A stretch of 64,000 bases of DNA from Amphiscolops sp. MND2022 (Eukaryota): contig OZ076414.1 of NCBI GenBank assembly GCA_964187785.1, positions 4,278,001-4,342,000 on the forward strand, in the 5' to 3' direction. A model generated the notes under the pieces. That model ran no database searches, was not told the DNA's origin, and saw only the letters and a program-made list of their open reading frames with translations. This document shows, one piece after another, positions 61,101 to 64,000 of the stretch (positions are counted from its first letter, which is position 1; each line of letters starts with the position of its first letter). The translations under genes were made by a program, and so were the position numbers.

Positions 61101-64000
61101 GAACTAATCACTTGCAAATATGAAATGCAATTGATTTCTGTTGCTTGATGATTCATCGGTGCTACTTCAGTTTCTGAGTGTAGTGCTTCGTACTTAATGG
61201 CTGCCTATGTAAATTCAATTTCATTGGTACACAGTGAGCGGGCCTTTAGCTGATGCCCTTCCGCTCCAAATTCATAAGTAAACTTTGCTACCAAGACCCA
61301 AACCACTATTATTGTTCTGGCCGCGCACGGCCCATACTATAAAAGAAGTTTTAACCTGATTGATCGATTGGTAAATAAAGTTTTTTTTGAACAAACTAAT
61401 TTTTAAAACAAGAAACCATTTTGCGAGAGCTGTCCAGAAAATTCCCACAAAAAGATGCTAGCAATTGTTTTTGACGGAATCCGAAATGTGCGGGCGGTAT
61501 CGAAATTGTTCAATATAAATGGCCGACCTAGCAGGTGCGAAAAAATGAACAAAAAAAGAGCACGCAGGGACAGGGTAAAGAAGGTGAACGAAAAAATGAA
61601 TAAAGAATGTCGACGATATCAGACGGGCAGATTCAAAAAGCCACGGCTTGTGCCCCTCCCAAGAGATGACGAATCGAACCCGACCCTGACGAAGATGTCA
61701 ACCCAGAAGTCCTAAATGTTTCCTAGGAACCTTGAAGAAGCTTTCCTGAAGCATCTCCTAGCTGCATTTGCTATAATCCTGTCTGAATTTTGGGCATTTA
61801 ATAACGTTGGGCCTAGTAGGTCAATGTTTGGTACATTTTGGATACCATTCCCCGAATTGATGTTTTCTAGCTAAACCTCTGTTTTTGACCTCAGAAGTAG
61901 GTAGTAACTCGCAGGATGCTTTAGGATTGTTTTTACAGGCTTGTGGGACGTGTTTGGACTTTGAGAGTGCCGGCGCGTCGTCTCGGAGCTCTAATCTGTG
62001 GAGACCTCTAGGAGACCATTTTGGGAGAAAAACTGATGTCTAGGGCTGTGGTAAGACAACGGTCTCCTGTTTAAGCACCCACCTTAGGCATTAGCCCACT
62101 TCCTGGATGTGCGCCGTTTAGACGGATGTTACACGTCTAACAAATGAGACTCAAGTTAGAGGAATTGGTGATGTTTAAGTTGAATTGCTCTCCTGAACAA
62201 CATTTGAGTGTACGCATTGATTACTTTTCATGTTTAGAGGTTGCGTTGAAATCATAAAACATCGAGTGTTGCAATCTTCTGGTTTCTTCCTAAATCGTCT
62301 TGTGACAACATTCGAAAACATTGGTGTGGTTTTGCCTTTCAGATTAATAAATTGATGCATTGAGCCGGATGAAACTCCTGAAATCATTCCATTAGATGTA
62401 ACAATCAGATCTCCGGCGTTCCTCGCTGACCCATTCTTCATATTTCGTGAAAAACTTTGAACCGTTAAACTTCTTCTCTAAAACTTAATCTTCAACGAAC
62501 ACGATGGCTTTGCAGAATACAAATATTGAAGAAATTTAGCTTCTATTAATTCTACAGACAGAGCCAATCTTCACCGGTAATTAGGTTTTATTTACAACTT
62601 TACAGCGAGACAGTGGTTTTCAGGGTTTTCAAACGAAAAACAATAAATTCCGAGAATAGCGTGTCCTTGGAGTCTGAAGGGTCACTTTTTTGCTAAGTTC
62701 AGTACTCTGTGACAATTTGAGAGAACTTACTTCACTATAAGACATCTCATACGATTTGAACTTTTCCGGTAGAAAACAAATCAGTTGAAGCTAAAAGATG
62801 TTCTCCTTTAGTTTTTTTTCCGTATTTTCCGGCTTTTTAACCAATTAGTTCCCCAAATTGGCTGTTAGCATCCAACTAGCGTGTATGCGAAAATTAATTG
62901 AACATCTGTAATTTTTCAAGCTGACTCTTATATATCACAGCTTTCGGATTCGACACTTCTTTCGAAAAGTGCGCTGTGTCAGAAATATTGACACAAAACC
63001 CGGATTTGAATGGTCTTGCCAGGAAGTATGCTGATCTCCGCATTCAGCCAGAGTCCTTAATTAAGAACTGTTTCAAATTGAATTATGATAAAAAAATTTA
63101 AAATAACGTATATTACGATGAGAGATGCGGTCTGTTAATGGGTCATTAACAACTCGATTTCCAAATTTTTCACATGGGTTTTGACTTTACTACCGAACAG
63201 TTAATCGACGAATAGAAATCGATGAGCCGTTTTATGCCGGCTATTTCATTTATTTTGCAAATTTGCCATTTCAAGACGTCGGCAGAAAGTTTGTAGGAAA
63301 ACTCAAGAACCCTAGGAAGTATTTTCACGTTCTTCTTCACGGGTGACGCCGCGGTGCTTGGAGATGTATAGCCTAGGCAGCCTAAGTATTTTCCCAGCTT
63401 TAGATCGGGCTCCTTTTGCTAGGCGTTACATGAAAATCGTGTGAAATATCCAAAAAATACACGCATGATTTATACTTTCGGCGTATGAGCTTTGAATTCT
63501 ATATTCTTCGGTGAAAATAGTTGGCTTCGTTAGAAACTGTTCGATGCCTGGAAACAGTGTTTAAACCATAAAGCTGAACTAGGAAAAGAAGTGATAAGAT
63601 CAAGCGACTCTGGGATGTCACAAGAATCAGGATTCCTGAGAAATGAGGCTGGGAGTTTTACAAGGCCGGAGCAATGGGATGAAATATTTTTCATCTTCCA
63701 AATTCGTTTAGCTTATCAGTTTTGTTAACCACTGTAGTCAGTTACCAGACAAAAGGGCACAAACCCCAAAATACGCAGTCAAAAGCGCTCTTGTCATAAG
63801 CACTGCAATGAGAGACTACAGAGGATTTGCTGATTCATTTCCACCGCCAATATTACGTCCTCACTCCAATTAAATAACATGATATTGATCCATTAACAAA
63901 TTGATATAGTCCGTTCAGAAATGCCAAAATTAGCAGTTAACAGTTAAAATCGCTTTCCATTGAGATTTGTTAGGTGTGAAAACGTCAAATCCTACATTAC

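Noticed and set aside
62175-62441. Possible host exon
   Set aside because: Short ORF without recognisable homology or clear splice partners.

Overview
This is repeat-rich eukaryotic (animal-like) DNA. It has spliceosomal GT-AG introns and no operons, rRNA or CRISPR arrays. The centrepiece is a young, structurally complete 15.3-kb Ty3/Gypsy LTR retrotransposon on the minus strand (36040-51295). It has near-identical 1.03-kb LTRs, a CTGCC target-site duplication, PBS, PPT, gag and a -1 frameshifted pol. Between pol and its 3' LTR it carries, on the opposite strand, a 7-exon gene of about 1126 aa. That gene resembles a catalytically degenerate hAT/ZBED-type transposase (BED-like finger, insertion-domain motif, C-terminal dimerisation-like motif). 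The window also contains a multi-exon, probably pseudogenised F-type-lectin-like gene (15.6-19.4 kb, minus), two decayed Gypsy elements (one with a ~3-kb internal tandem duplication, one followed by a long unknown ORF), two Bel/Pao remnants, a Tc1/IS630-like remnant, tRNA-derived SINE-like pieces and several small dispersed repeats. All calls come from manual reading and translation; no database searches were run.
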